DNA of 64,000 nt from positions 1,450 through 65,449 of IMG/VR virus record IMGVR_UViG_3300020465_000014. The stretch is one strand, 5' to 3'. The notes beneath the pieces are model-generated. The model did no database searches and was not told the DNA's origin. It was given only the letters and a program-made list of their open reading frames with translations. How positions within the stretch are numbered: the stretch's first letter is position 1; the number at the start of each line of letters is the position of its first letter. The stretch is from a virus (Duplodnaviria; Caudoviricetes). Position numbers and translations under genes: made by a program. This document shows, one piece after another, positions 9,695 through 19,972 of the stretch.

Positions 9695-12547
9695 TCATTC
9701 ACCCCTGAACTTTCCATCAATCCAATTCTTCGGATTATCAAATCCAGGCATCATTGGGACATTTTCTCCCTGAGAGCCTTCTGGTGGAGTCAAAGTCCAT
9801 TTCTGAACTTCATAACTTCCTGAAATCATGGATGCAGTTCTCTCCCAACCTACCATTTTGAATCTCTTGTCTTTCGAAAGAATATTTCCTAATGCTTGCA
9901 TTGTTGCGCCATGCCTCAAATTATCGTTTACGTAGTCAAATATTTGTTTGGTGTTTGGCGCTCGCCCCATCATGTTCATATCATAAACAAAATCAGCCGC
10001 ATTCCGCTTTATGTTTTGATTCTTCTTTGCCCCAACAACAGTTCTTGGCGATACCCATTCTTTTTTCCTCGACCATGCCCTGATTTTTTCCTGTTCTCTG
10101 ATTCTTTCTGCAGGTGTGGATCTTGGCAATCCTCTGCCAGTATTCATGTTGGGCGGGTCAGGCGTGACGTTCAGGACTCCATCAAGCGAACCATCTTCAG
10201 GAAGTCGAGGATTCATTTTTCTGTAAACATTAGGCTGACCGTCTCGATGTGGCAATCTGCCAAAATCTCGATATGGCAACAAGCCTCTATCGACAAGCTC
10301 TTTCCTGGTAAATCTTTGACCTTCAGAATCAACATAGAAGAATCCGCCTGTATTCGGGTCTTCAGTCAAGAAGTAATCATCAGAAAGCCGATTGGCTTCA
10401 GCACTACCTGAAACCGCCTTGCCTAATTCTTCGAGATCCTTTTCCCTTCTCCACGATTGATGTTCAACTCCTACAAGTTCTGTTAAAGAAGTCAAATCCA
10501 TTATCGAATCTTTGATTGATTCTTTGAAGAATGTGTCTGTTAAATCATTTATTTCATGTGAATTGAAGCGTATCAAATTGGCTTCAATTATTGGTGTAGC
10601 CTGGTCGATTCTCTCTCCGATTGAATCCAGCCAGGGGTCTCTAATATATGCGCCTGGCAATCCACCTGTTGAGCCAATCTCTCCTATCAATGGCGAAGCC
10701 ATCTGCGCTCTTGGAGGAACTATTCCAGTCATAGACATATACTTGAGCAATTCAACTTCAGTCATTGCATCGATAAGGTCTGAAAACGCTACTCCTCCGT
10801 TTGGTTGTGTTATGCCTTCTAAATCAACGGCCAATCTTTCAGCGCCTCTGCTTTCAGCCATTACTTCCATAGCAACGTCTGGACGATCTAAAGCGGCTTG
10901 TGGTCTCGGCGTAAAACCAAACTGCATCAATGAAGCGCCTAAACCTCCTTCTGGTGGCGCTTGGCCTTCTAAAGCGGCATCATCTTCTGCCATTTCAACT
11001 AAGAGTTTCGCTGGCAAATCTCCTGTTGGAGTATCGGCCAATTCCTTTCTCGCTGGATGGTCTGCAGGTAATGCTGATGCTCGCAACATGGCGTTGGCAA
11101 TTATGATGTCCAATTTCTTTTTCGTGGCCTCAATTTGGCCTGTTGCGAAATTAAAATCTGCTCTTTCCTGGTTCTCATCATCGACAACCACTATTCCTCG
11201 CCAACGGTTAGGATCGTCTCTGTAATTGTCGAACCAATCTTCCCAGGCATCAGTTAATGTCCTGGCATAAACAGGTAATTTTCGATAGTGTTCTTTAACA
11301 ATCGTATAACCATCTCTCGGAACTAATCCGAGTTCTGTCTCTTCTTGACTTAGAGCTACGCCAGTCGCACTTGAGAATTGAGTTGATGAAGTAGTGGATT
11401 TATCAGAACCGACCTGAACTCTATCAAACCCTGTCGCCTGTAAAAACGCTCGAACTTCTTGTATGTTTAATGGTGAATCAAGAGATGCACTTGCCGCATT
11501 CGAGATAGATGCTGTTAACTTCATTCCATCTTCTATGTCGTTTTGATTGTCTTGCAGATTAACTGATTCCTCAATAGAATCTTCAACCAAATCAGCAAGG
11601 TCGACCATTGATGGCAATTCCACATCAGGCGGCGCTGAACCGTCCCAACCCGCCCATTGATTCCACTTCAAACTCTCTTTCATAGATTCGATTTCAGCCT
11701 CTTTATCCATGTTGTAAATGTAAGCGAACAGTTGATGCTCGGACATTCCCATTTGCCTACTATTCAAGATGATTCTTTCCTTCAATTCCATGTCCAGCAT
11801 ATCTTGAGCCTTTGATTCCATCTCTCCATAGATCGCATCTGAAAATGTCCACAATAACTGTCCTCTTTCATCAAATACACCTTTGAATCCGCCTGAAGTT
11901 TCCCTTACTGAAAATGTATCTTCTGGATTTGCGATTTGTCCTGGACTATTGATGATGGCATAATGCCCCATTGCCTGTGCGACTAATTTCTCCTTCTTTG
12001 ATTCTAATTTTTCGTCAAGGCTTTCGCCCAATCTTCCTTGCACCTGGGAAAATATTGTGTTCCATTGAAACGGCGTAAGGTTTGTTGAAATATCTCCGTT
12101 TAGCATTTCAGCGTTTGCGATTGACTGTTTCAAAATAGCATCGTTATTCGACTCTATTTCATCATCTAATTGTTTGATTTCTGAAACGTAGGATTTTATT
12201 TCGCCAACCTGTTCATCAAGCAAGGATTTGTATTGTTTTACTGTCCTGGTATCGTCTGAATTTAGCGGTTGATTACGTGCGATTTTCATAGCGGTTGGAA
12301 AGGTCTGTATTCTCAAAGTATCTGTTTCTGGAATTGGGAAATTGTAAGTTCGAGGATAGACATAAATCGAAGTATTGGTTCTGTTTTTGACTACCCTGGC
12401 ATTCCAACCATTGTTTCGAGCAATTGCCGCTATTGATTCCATCCTTCGATGAGTATTTTTGTTGGCTAATGAAGATGAAAGCAATCTTGAGTATCTTCTT
12501 CCTTCAAATATCCTTGAAGTGGAGGGGGGATAAAAGCGTCTTGGCAT
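9695..12547 (-). CDS. Tagged protein (N-terminal tag) with C-terminal DUF3860-like winged-helix domain
   Basis: RIFEGRRY...IARNNGWNARVV...IYVYP; C-term NTKQIFDYVNDNLRHGATMQALGNILSKDKRF...GSYEVQKW. Confidence 0.85.
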   Translation of the reverse strand: MPRRFYPPSTSRIFEGRRYSRLLSSSLANKNTHRRMESIAAIARNNGWNARVVKNRTNTSIYVYPRTYNFPIPETDTLRIQTFPTAMKIARNQPLNSDDTRTVKQYKSLLDEQVGEIKSYVSEIKQLDDEIESNNDAILKQSIANAEMLNGDISTNLTPFQWNTIFSQVQGRLGESLDEKLESKKEKLVAQAMGHYAIINSPGQIANPEDTFSVRETSGGFKGVFDERGQLLWTFSDAIYGEMESKAQDMLDMELKERIILNSRQMGMSEHQLFAYIYNMDKEAEIESMKESLKWNQWAGWDGSAPPDVELPSMVDLADLVEDSIEESVNLQDNQNDIEDGMKLTASISNAASASLDSPLNIQEVRAFLQATGFDRVQVGSDKSTTSSTQFSSATGVALSQEETELGLVPRDGYTIVKEHYRKLPVYARTLTDAWEDWFDNYRDDPNRWRGIVVVDDENQERADFNFATGQIEATKKKLDIIIANAMLRASALPADHPARKELADTPTGDLPAKLLVEMAEDDAALEGQAPPEGGLGASLMQFGFTPRPQAALDRPDVAMEVMAESRGAERLAVDLEGITQPNGGVAFSDLIDAMTEVELLKYMSMTGIVPPRAQMASPLIGEIGSTGGLPGAYIRDPWLDSIGERIDQATPIIEANLIRFNSHEINDLTDTFFKESIKDSIMDLTSLTELVGVEHQSWRREKDLEELGKAVSGSAEANRLSDDYFLTEDPNTGGFFYVDSEGQRFTRKELVDRGLLPYRDFGRLPHRDGQPNVYRKMNPRLPEDGSLDGVLNVTPDPPNMNTGRGLPRSTPAERIREQEKIRAWSRKKEWVSPRTVVGAKKNQNIKRNAADFVYDMNMMGRAPNTKQIFDYVNDNLRHGATMQALGNILSKDKRFKMVGWERTASMISGSYEVQKWTLTPPEGSQGENVPMMPGFDNPKNWIDGKFRGE

Positions 12548-12560
12548 AATTTATGCCTCC

Positions 12561-13838
12561 TCACTTTTTACGCTTCTTTTTTCGCTTATCTCGCTTCTTC
12601 TGAATCTTCTCGATCTCCACGTCAACAGTAGTATTTCGTTTAATTGCGAGTTTTTCTGCCTTGCGTAAATCGGCTCTGTCTTGCTTCCGTTGTAATTTCT
12701 CTTTCTGTTCCTGAACTCTTACTGCAGAAGGCTTGATTGGTTTGACTCTCTTTGGTTCTCGAAGAAGTCCCAAACTCCAAATTGCAGGTTGTCCTTTATC
12801 CTTTGAAACAATCAATGAGTCGATAACTTCAGGGTTTTTGACCGATTCTAAACCTGCGTTGACTGTGCGCTTTAGTTGCGGCACGTTTCGAATAACTTTG
12901 GCCGATGCGAGACCTAACAGCATTGCGAGAGGAATGAAACCTGCTGATGCTACACTTGTGGCGGCAAGTGCGCCACCTGCGAGAAGTCCTGTTGAAGTGG
13001 TTGCGATCTCCAGCGAATTGTATTTCACAAGTGTATCAAGAGGAACTCCAGCGTCATAATTTGCTTTGGCCTGTTGATATTCCTTCGCTTCGAGTTTTGT
13101 TTTCAATTCGGACTGTCTTTTTTGTGCCGCCTCGATTCGCTTATCTCTTAATTCTGATTCGGCACGTAATGCACGATTCGCTTGAGCCTCTTTCATGGCT
13201 TTGGCGACTACTTCTGGACTATCATAACCTGCCCTTCCGCCGTATTTAATCACCAAATCGTTGAAATCTTGAGCCTCTATTGCATCTTCTTGCTCTTTTT
13301 TCGTCAGCAATCCCGCATTGGGTTTCTTAGCTCTCCTAAGTGTAAATCTCTTCTTCTTTTTTGTTGGAGTAGGATTCCTCGCCATTTCTGCTCTCTGCAG
13401 TAAGGTCATGCTTGCCATTTCTGAATTGAATATTCTTCGAAACTTCTTGGATTCGCCTTCCAGAATCACCCAATCTCCCTTGCCTTTCCGTTCAATGACT
13501 CTTGCGTTCCGCCCATTCTCTCTTGCTCTTTGGGCGATTCTTTTTGCCGTTTGCTGACTCTTTACGGGCGAATGCCTTTGAATCATCAATTTGCCATCAA
13601 TGGTTCTCATTACTGGCGCTTCAGAATCTCTCCTGGAAGGATCTAACCCTGCTAATCTTGTTGCCTCGTTTGCGCCAAATCCAACCTGAAGGTAAATCAT
13701 ACGTTCTCGTTGTCGGTCTCTTGGCTGACCTTCCATTCTTTCTGAATCTATGAGTTTTTCAGCCAGGTCTCTTCGAGTCCTGTATTCATTTCGAAGGCGG
13801 GTCGTTTGGCGGGATGGGCCAGTTCTTCGCTTCGCCAT
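12561..13838 (-). CDS. Basic tagged protein with hydrophobic Gly/Ala segment and coiled coils
   Basis: RTIDGK...AKRIAQRARENGRNARVIERKG; start moved to ATG 13838 from promoter spacing. Confidence 0.85.
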   Translation of the reverse strand: MAKRRTGPSRQTTRLRNEYRTRRDLAEKLIDSERMEGQPRDRQRERMIYLQVGFGANEATRLAGLDPSRRDSEAPVMRTIDGKLMIQRHSPVKSQQTAKRIAQRARENGRNARVIERKGKGDWVILEGESKKFRRIFNSEMASMTLLQRAEMARNPTPTKKKKRFTLRRAKKPNAGLLTKKEQEDAIEAQDFNDLVIKYGGRAGYDSPEVVAKAMKEAQANRALRAESELRDKRIEAAQKRQSELKTKLEAKEYQQAKANYDAGVPLDTLVKYNSLEIATTSTGLLAGGALAATSVASAGFIPLAMLLGLASAKVIRNVPQLKRTVNAGLESVKNPEVIDSLIVSKDKGQPAIWSLGLLREPKRVKPIKPSAVRVQEQKEKLQRKQDRADLRKAEKLAIKRNTTVDVEIEKIQKKRDKRKKKRKK

Positions 13839-13860
13839 ACTATGCAACCCTATTCAACTA

Positions 13861-13901
13861 CTTATGAAAAGAACGGGTAAACTTCACCAACAAACACACT
13901 T
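13861..13901 (-). promoter_or_regulatory. Promoter: TATA-like TTCATAAG plus degenerate upstream box (13890-13901)
   Basis: TATGAA-nn-GAACGGGT shared with the 39675 promoter; CACACTT core in a box starting 52 bp from ATG. Confidence 0.6.
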
Positions 13902-13914
13902 TACAAGGGTCATT

Positions 13915-16347
13915 TCAACTTCTAATATCGTTTGCCTCAATCCATTCGGTAAATGCTTGAGTCCAGATTTGGTCGTCTCCGCCTATTTGTTCTAATTCAT
14001 CTTTGATGTCTTGACCCTCATTATTCAGATACCTGTTCCACTTGGCGATTGTGATAGGATCTGAAATGCTTACTTGCGGGTATTCTTCAATAAGTAGTCG
14101 TTGACGGGTTGGAGACCAGGTTGCCAGGTTTTCGAAATCACCAGCGAAATATTGCCTCCAATCTGGAAAACTTACTACGTCCAAAGTGGTTATTCTTGCA
14201 GGGTCTTTTGAATCTCCTGAAAATCCTGTTATTTCAACAAAATCATTCTCATTATATTCTGATTCTCCTTCGTCTTCTGGAAATGAATCTGATGCGGTGA
14301 TAATTCCGATTTCACCGCTTGGTAATCTAATATATTTCTCGTAAGCCATATCTCGCTCAAATAGCCTTTGAACGTCTGTTATGTCTAAGCCTCCTTCTAA
14401 TCTTTGTAATGCTAATGCGGCACTTGCACCTTCAACCATTGAGATTCCTATGTTCCTTTGGTCTCTCAATGTCTGCTTGTCTATTTTGTTTACAAAACTC
14501 GGATTATTGTCCAATGGTCTCGAAAGCCCTTTCGAAAGGCTCTTTGGCGGACTAATTATCTCGCTATTCCAATACAAAGGGCTATCCTTTGGCGGAGGCA
14601 TTATTGTTCGAAGAAGGGGATTATCAAGAGTTTCAAAATCAGCACTCTCCATGAAGTTCAAAGGGCCAAATTTCCTTATCATTTCGATTTCTCTTTGAGT
14701 AGGTTCTTCGGGATTTCCGACAATCATAGAATCGAAATCCTCTGAATCCTCAAACAATGATGTCGGTTGGAAAGCATCGATTAGATCCTTTTCAGTTATG
14801 CCTTGTGTTTCTATCATGTCGATTACTTCATCACCGTCTAAACCATATTCGTTAATCAAAGCAAATACGAATGCCTGGTATGCCCTTGCAGTTCTTTCTG
14901 GATTCGTTAGCTCTTTCGGTTCTAACATTGTCCCTAAGTTTTCGTTTTGTAGCGCATCAGAAATGTCGACTCCTATTGCTTCGAGGAATGTCTCGGCATC
15001 AATAGTAATGTCGTCAACGTCTATCAATGAATACAATTTTTCACTTCTTGGTGAAGGGTTTGAAGCCTCCCTGGTTAATCGTTCTGCATCTCGAAGATTT
15101 GCTTTACCAAAATATCCTTTTTCCAACTGCTTCAGTCGCCTTTGGTCTTCTCTGAACTTCTCATCAAATCTCGAAGTGTGCGGATATATTCCAATGTTGA
15201 ATAGGACTTCTGCGGCTTCGGTTCTGGTTAAGAATCCGTAATTCTGAATAGTGCCGTCCATATCGTGAATGAGAAGCATTTTTCTCTCTTTGTTGGCATT
15301 TGTCCTATCAAACCTCTTTGCTCGGTTATCTTCGATTTTTTCCCTGCGATCTGTTAGGTTTCGTTCTTCGAATAAATTAGCATCGGCTTTCAGAGCATCT
15401 TCCCAATCATCAAATATTTTTTTGTCGTAGGTTCTTGGCTCTCCCTTCTTAATTTTGAAGGTGTATTGTCCCTCTAATCCCTTTTCTCCTTTAGTGGCAT
15501 AAACCAATTCATGCCCGTCTCTATTGACGAAAAGTGGTATGTCGTGCCAGGATTCCCAATCCGTAGTCACAAGAGTTATCTCTTCGCCTGGTTCTATCTC
15601 TTTCATTGCTTGCCTTGCCCTTAGAACAGGATAAGGACAATTTAGACCTCTGCAATCAACCATTCGATTGTAAATTACTGGATATTGCCATTGATTCGCA
15701 ATTGTTGGCTCAAGCGGTATTGTTTGCCATTGCCTGTCTCTCAAACTTGGAGTATCTGTCCCCGTCTGGTATAATGAGTCAATAGGAATGCTTCTTGGAT
15801 AAACTTCGGTATAGACATCGGCCTCATCCATAGTGGTATCATTGGGCCTATATCGAGGGAATATTTGGACTCCACCCATTCTTTGAACTTGATTTTCATT
15901 TGGATTCCAATTTATTCTCGGATCTCTTCGCCAATTTAGATTATCTCGCACGTATAGTCCAATCTCGTCTCGCCATTGAACCACCCTTACGTTGCTACCA
16001 TAGGAACGAATCAAATCCGCTAATTGTTTTGTCCTGGCTAATTGATTAACGCTTGGTTTTCCGTCAGCGCCGTTTTGTGCGACTCCGAATAGTTGGTATG
16101 CTTTGTTGTTAAAAAAGCGATATTGGGGTCGTTTGCGTTTAGTTCTGACTCCTGTTACCTCGAAAGTCCGCTTTGTTGGCACTTCTCTTGCCATTTGTGC
16201 TTGCCTAAATAGAACAGTCGCAATTCTCTCGTCAGAATAATTCCTTGATTGTAGCTCTTTCACAAGCGCAGTTATGTTGCGAATGCTTGAACCTGTTGGA
16301 TTTGAAAACTTCTTCCACTCTTCAAGTGTCCTTCGTCTCTTTGGCAT
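13915..16347 (-). CDS. Tagged protein with embedded TusA/SirA-like domain
   Basis: VDCRGLNCPYPVLRARQAMKEIEPGEEITLVTTD...FKIKK (CPxP motif); tag RFFNNKAY...LIRSYGSNVRVVQWRDEIGLYV. Confidence 0.85.
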   Translation of the reverse strand: MPKRRRTLEEWKKFSNPTGSSIRNITALVKELQSRNYSDERIATVLFRQAQMAREVPTKRTFEVTGVRTKRKRPQYRFFNNKAYQLFGVAQNGADGKPSVNQLARTKQLADLIRSYGSNVRVVQWRDEIGLYVRDNLNWRRDPRINWNPNENQVQRMGGVQIFPRYRPNDTTMDEADVYTEVYPRSIPIDSLYQTGTDTPSLRDRQWQTIPLEPTIANQWQYPVIYNRMVDCRGLNCPYPVLRARQAMKEIEPGEEITLVTTDWESWHDIPLFVNRDGHELVYATKGEKGLEGQYTFKIKKGEPRTYDKKIFDDWEDALKADANLFEERNLTDRREKIEDNRAKRFDRTNANKERKMLLIHDMDGTIQNYGFLTRTEAAEVLFNIGIYPHTSRFDEKFREDQRRLKQLEKGYFGKANLRDAERLTREASNPSPRSEKLYSLIDVDDITIDAETFLEAIGVDISDALQNENLGTMLEPKELTNPERTARAYQAFVFALINEYGLDGDEVIDMIETQGITEKDLIDAFQPTSLFEDSEDFDSMIVGNPEEPTQREIEMIRKFGPLNFMESADFETLDNPLLRTIMPPPKDSPLYWNSEIISPPKSLSKGLSRPLDNNPSFVNKIDKQTLRDQRNIGISMVEGASAALALQRLEGGLDITDVQRLFERDMAYEKYIRLPSGEIGIITASDSFPEDEGESEYNENDFVEITGFSGDSKDPARITTLDVVSFPDWRQYFAGDFENLATWSPTRQRLLIEEYPQVSISDPITIAKWNRYLNNEGQDIKDELEQIGGDDQIWTQAFTEWIEANDIRS

Positions 16348-16348
16348 A

Positions 16349-17224
16349 CTATCCCCTCAATTCTCTTTGAGGGAAATAGATGAAGTTTCGATAGCGGCCA
16401 TTCTTCATTCTAACTGACCTGACTCCTAAACCATGCCTCCTACGCAACATTGCCGCCCTCATTCGTGCTGTGTTTCTGTCTAAAGATTCGTAGTTGAAAT
16501 TAACGTAATATTTCCCATCGAAGTTTCTGTATTGGTAGGCATAGCCTCTGCGCCGTCTCTGTGTTGTTCCTTCGGGTCTCATTATTGGCGGGGTTCTTGT
16601 AGCGCCCCCTCTAAACTTCTTCTTCTTCTTCTTTGGATAGATCGGGTCATGTTCATGCTCATGTCCTGGTTGACTCTTCCATTCTTGCTTTGAGTCGAAA
16701 TGAGAATGAACGTGGCTATGCTTTACCCAATCTCCGCCCAAATGCCCTGTTAAATGTCGATTGTATCTTTTTTGTAGGTCTCCTGGTTCAACGGCTACTG
16801 GAGTTTCTGTCCTTTCATCGAACTCTTGTAATTTTGCGGCAGTAATTGCTTCTGTGACGGCTTCTTCAACCAAAATGTCTGTTGATACGTCTTCAGGTTT
16901 GTTTGAAAATGATTCCTTGCGGAGATATACGCCTGGATTGTTGGATTCTCTAATTCTGTTTTGTGCATGAGTCAATTCGTGAACTACCACATCTTCGGTG
17001 ACTCCATCGGCTCTCCTCAATGTATCAGGGTCAAGGTAAACTTCGTTTTCAACAGATTGTCCAGCAATGTCTTCAGGCAATTCTTTGATGTCGATGTTAA
17101 CGTCTGCTTTGTTTAGCTCTTTCAATTCATTCTTCGAGAAATTGTCTTTGATGATTCCTCTAACGATCTTCTTCGATTGTTTGAGTTCCTCTGCACCCAT
17201 TCCTGACTCGTCAGTTATTTTCAT
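16349..17224 (-). CDS. Zincin-like metallopeptidase domain protein with C-terminal tag
   Basis: VVVHELTHA plus downstream EEAVTE; His-rich linker; RNFDGKYY...ARMRAAMLRRRHGLGVRSV. Confidence 0.75.
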   Translation of the reverse strand: MKITDESGMGAEELKQSKKIVRGIIKDNFSKNELKELNKADVNIDIKELPEDIAGQSVENEVYLDPDTLRRADGVTEDVVVHELTHAQNRIRESNNPGVYLRKESFSNKPEDVSTDILVEEAVTEAITAAKLQEFDERTETPVAVEPGDLQKRYNRHLTGHLGGDWVKHSHVHSHFDSKQEWKSQPGHEHEHDPIYPKKKKKKFRGGATRTPPIMRPEGTTQRRRRGYAYQYRNFDGKYYVNFNYESLDRNTARMRAAMLRRRHGLGVRSVRMKNGRYRNFIYFPQRELRG

Positions 17225-19239
17225 ACTGGATAGCCTCCTCCATATTTGTAATTCGCATAACGGCCTCCAGGTTGATACTGCGGGTTAGAATCCATTTCGC
17301 CTACTGGCACATAGACGGGTTTTGGGTCGTTTTTGTCGGACATTGCATCGACTCCCAAAAGCACTCCTCTATTTATTGGAGGATTTATCCAGGCGGCAAT
17401 TTTGTATTCTTCATTTTTTGTTCCTCTTTTGACTATTTGGCTATTTAGTGGTGGCGGTCTATTCTTCTTATTCAACCCCATCCAGGCGTTCTCTTTGTTG
17501 GATGGTTCAGTTGTTGCAGTAATCTTTGGCTTCTTTGTCTTCTTATCACCAGTCACCCTGAGTTGATTAGACAAAGTATTGAAGTAAAGTGTCGGATAGT
17601 TTAGATCCACATAGTAAATGTTGTTTGGATTGTCTTTTGCTTCTTGAAGAGTCATTCCCCTTTCTGATTCCTTTTTGTAGTTGCCTCCAACAAGAGAATA
17701 TCTGCGCCCTAAATCTCCCATTCCTCTCGATTCATTTGTGTTTAGCAATCTATCAGGTTCGAGGATTTCATCACTTCCTCCTCTGAGGAACTTGCGAACT
17801 TGCATACTCGCTGGATGGCCGTCATAAGCTACATCATCATCAGACCAAAAATCGCCTTCGATTCGAAGGATTTTTCCGTCTTTTGAATATCTTGCTTCCT
17901 TCTCCATAAAACCTGAAGCCAATCTATCTCTGATTTCCTCTCTGGTCTCTTTGTTGTTCCTTACAACTTCGCCCGACCTGGAATTATTCTGTATTTCAAT
18001 GGCTCTTGTGATTAACTTGTTTTGGGCTTCCTTGCTTAATTGGTCGAATCGTTTGAGAACTCCTTTAACGTCCCCTCCATAATCATTAACAAGACGATCT
18101 ATCATTGGCCTTTCCTCCCATCTTTCATCTCCTTTACGTGGATTAGCAGAATGCAATGGATTCCTGGGCGTTTCTGGACTAAATGGTGCAACAAAAATCG
18201 AGAACTCTTCGCCAGCAATCACCAATGGCAACATTACATCTCCATTCGTATTTTCAAAAGATGGCTTTGAACTTACTGCAGAGTCAGGTCTGTTTCTCCA
18301 GTTTGCATGATGTCGGTTTCGTCTTTGCCATTCTTCAGAATCGGTATCATCGGCCTGAAGCGTATTGAAGGTAACATATTCTTGAGTTCCAAATACCTTC
18401 AGAGCCTCGTTTAATCGACTTCTTGAAAACAAGGAGTTTCCTATTCGTATCACTTCTGCGTATTTTCCAGTAGTATAGCCAGGATATTTTGGCCCTTCAT
18501 CAGTCCATGTTGTTTCCTTGCTATCTGCGAAATCTCTGCGATCTAAACCAAACTCTCGTTTTGGTGCGATTGCTTTTCTAATGTCTCCAACTTTAGCGAA
18601 TCCGACTTCAAGTGCGCCTGGATAATTTGAACGGATATTCATTACAGCATCGGGCAAATCACCTGTCCTCCATCCAAACATGACTGATGAAATGTCCCTT
18701 ACGTAATCGTCTTTTTTACCTCCTCCTGGTATTGGTTCAGCCCAACCTTTCCAATCCCAATGTCGGCCTTCTGGTTTACCTTCTAATTCGACTCCCATGC
18801 TCATAAATCCAGGAGGGTAATTTTTGCCTTTAGCAAAAACTTCTCGCTTTTGCTCTGCAGTCAGCGCAGGGCGCTTGAGATTTCTGCTGGATAATTTGCG
18901 AAATGCTGGTGGCGTTTTTTTTCCGCTACCTTGCTTCCATATTTCCCTTCGAAGTTTTTGTGGTGCAGAATTGACGGACATTCGCTTTGGCATGGTTTTG
19001 CCTTCGCCTACGAATACAGCATAACCTCCGCCTGTCTTTTGAGAGAATGATACTTTCCTGGCTGGCTCGCCATTTGCTCGATGATATTTCAATAAACGAT
19101 CTGCAACTTTTTCGGTTGTTTTTTCCGCACCGTATCTCAGCATAAGAGGAGATTTACGATACGTTTTGTTTCCAAACTGTCGTTCTTCGACTAATTTGCG
19201 ATAATACAGATTCGCTACAATAGGGATTCTTCGCCTCAT
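17221..19239 (-). CDS. Tagged hypothetical protein (divergent N-terminal tag)
   Basis: RQFGNKTY...HRANGEPARKV...GGGYAVFVG. Confidence 0.8.
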   Translation of the reverse strand: MRRRIPIVANLYYRKLVEERQFGNKTYRKSPLMLRYGAEKTTEKVADRLLKYHRANGEPARKVSFSQKTGGGYAVFVGEGKTMPKRMSVNSAPQKLRREIWKQGSGKKTPPAFRKLSSRNLKRPALTAEQKREVFAKGKNYPPGFMSMGVELEGKPEGRHWDWKGWAEPIPGGGKKDDYVRDISSVMFGWRTGDLPDAVMNIRSNYPGALEVGFAKVGDIRKAIAPKREFGLDRRDFADSKETTWTDEGPKYPGYTTGKYAEVIRIGNSLFSRSRLNEALKVFGTQEYVTFNTLQADDTDSEEWQRRNRHHANWRNRPDSAVSSKPSFENTNGDVMLPLVIAGEEFSIFVAPFSPETPRNPLHSANPRKGDERWEERPMIDRLVNDYGGDVKGVLKRFDQLSKEAQNKLITRAIEIQNNSRSGEVVRNNKETREEIRDRLASGFMEKEARYSKDGKILRIEGDFWSDDDVAYDGHPASMQVRKFLRGGSDEILEPDRLLNTNESRGMGDLGRRYSLVGGNYKKESERGMTLQEAKDNPNNIYYVDLNYPTLYFNTLSNQLRVTGDKKTKKPKITATTEPSNKENAWMGLNKKNRPPPLNSQIVKRGTKNEEYKIAAWINPPINRGVLLGVDAMSDKNDPKPVYVPVGEMDSNPQYQPGGRYANYKYGGGYPV

Positions 19240-19826
19240 ATTACAGTCACTTCTCCTCTAACTGATATGAAAACAATGTTAGAGACGATCAATCCTATGA
19301 CTGTGAAAACCAGGAATAATCCTCCACCGCCTAACAATGGAATGATGAAGCCAAACATAAGCAAAGACAAGATTGCATCTGCATACAAAAAGCCGCCAAA
19401 GTTTCTGCCTCCAGCATCAACTCCCAGGGCATTCGTTGAAAGAATGAACCCTCCCAATGCTTTCAAGACAAACAATTCGAGAGCTACTGTGAACTCCCAG
19501 GTATCAAAATATGGTGAATCGACTAAAGAACCGTCATAATCTCCTACATCAAAAATTGCTAACAAAGTAGTTCCTTCTGTAAATTGAGTAATAGAGCCTT
19601 CTCCATACAAAATATGCCACAAGTGAGACAAAACAGGTGTAAGCAATACTGTAACTAAAATTAGATTTTGAAAGATATTGTCGAAATTCAACCGCAAGCG
19701 ATTATCTCTTGTATCATAATCTCTGCTAAATCCCAATACTGCAAGTAAAAAAACGAAACTAAAAATCGCCCATTCAAAAAATCCTACTTCGCTACCTAAG
19801 CAACCTTCGAGATAATTACAACTCAT
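19236..19826 (-). CDS. Multi-pass membrane protein (~5 TM)
   Basis: Hydrophobic segments; ATG 19826 overlaps the stop of the 19823-19972 ORF. Confidence 0.75.
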   Translation of the reverse strand: MSCNYLEGCLGSEVGFFEWAIFSFVFLLAVLGFSRDYDTRDNRLRLNFDNIFQNLILVTVLLTPVLSHLWHILYGEGSITQFTEGTTLLAIFDVGDYDGSLVDSPYFDTWEFTVALELFVLKALGGFILSTNALGVDAGGRNFGGFLYADAILSLLMFGFIIPLLGGGGLFLVFTVIGLIVSNIVFISVRGEVTVI

Positions 19827-19972
19827 GTCTTTCGCCTCTCTATTTCCTCTTGTAAATCCCACGCTTCCAATTCGTAAACCTGTTTCCAATCAGCGTCTTT
19901 CTCTGTATCACAAAGATGTTCAGTATAGGAGAGCAGATCCTTGAGTTCCTGGAATGTTAAATCCTCATACAT
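19823..19972 (-). CDS. Small acidic protein, 49 aa (absent from ORF track)
   Basis: MYEDLTFQELKDLLSYTEHLCDTEKDADWKQVYELEAWDLQEEIERRKT; TAATG and ATGA overlaps at both ends. Confidence 0.65.
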   Translation of the reverse strand: MYEDLTFQELKDLLSYTEHLCDTEKDADWKQVYELEAWDLQEEIERRKT

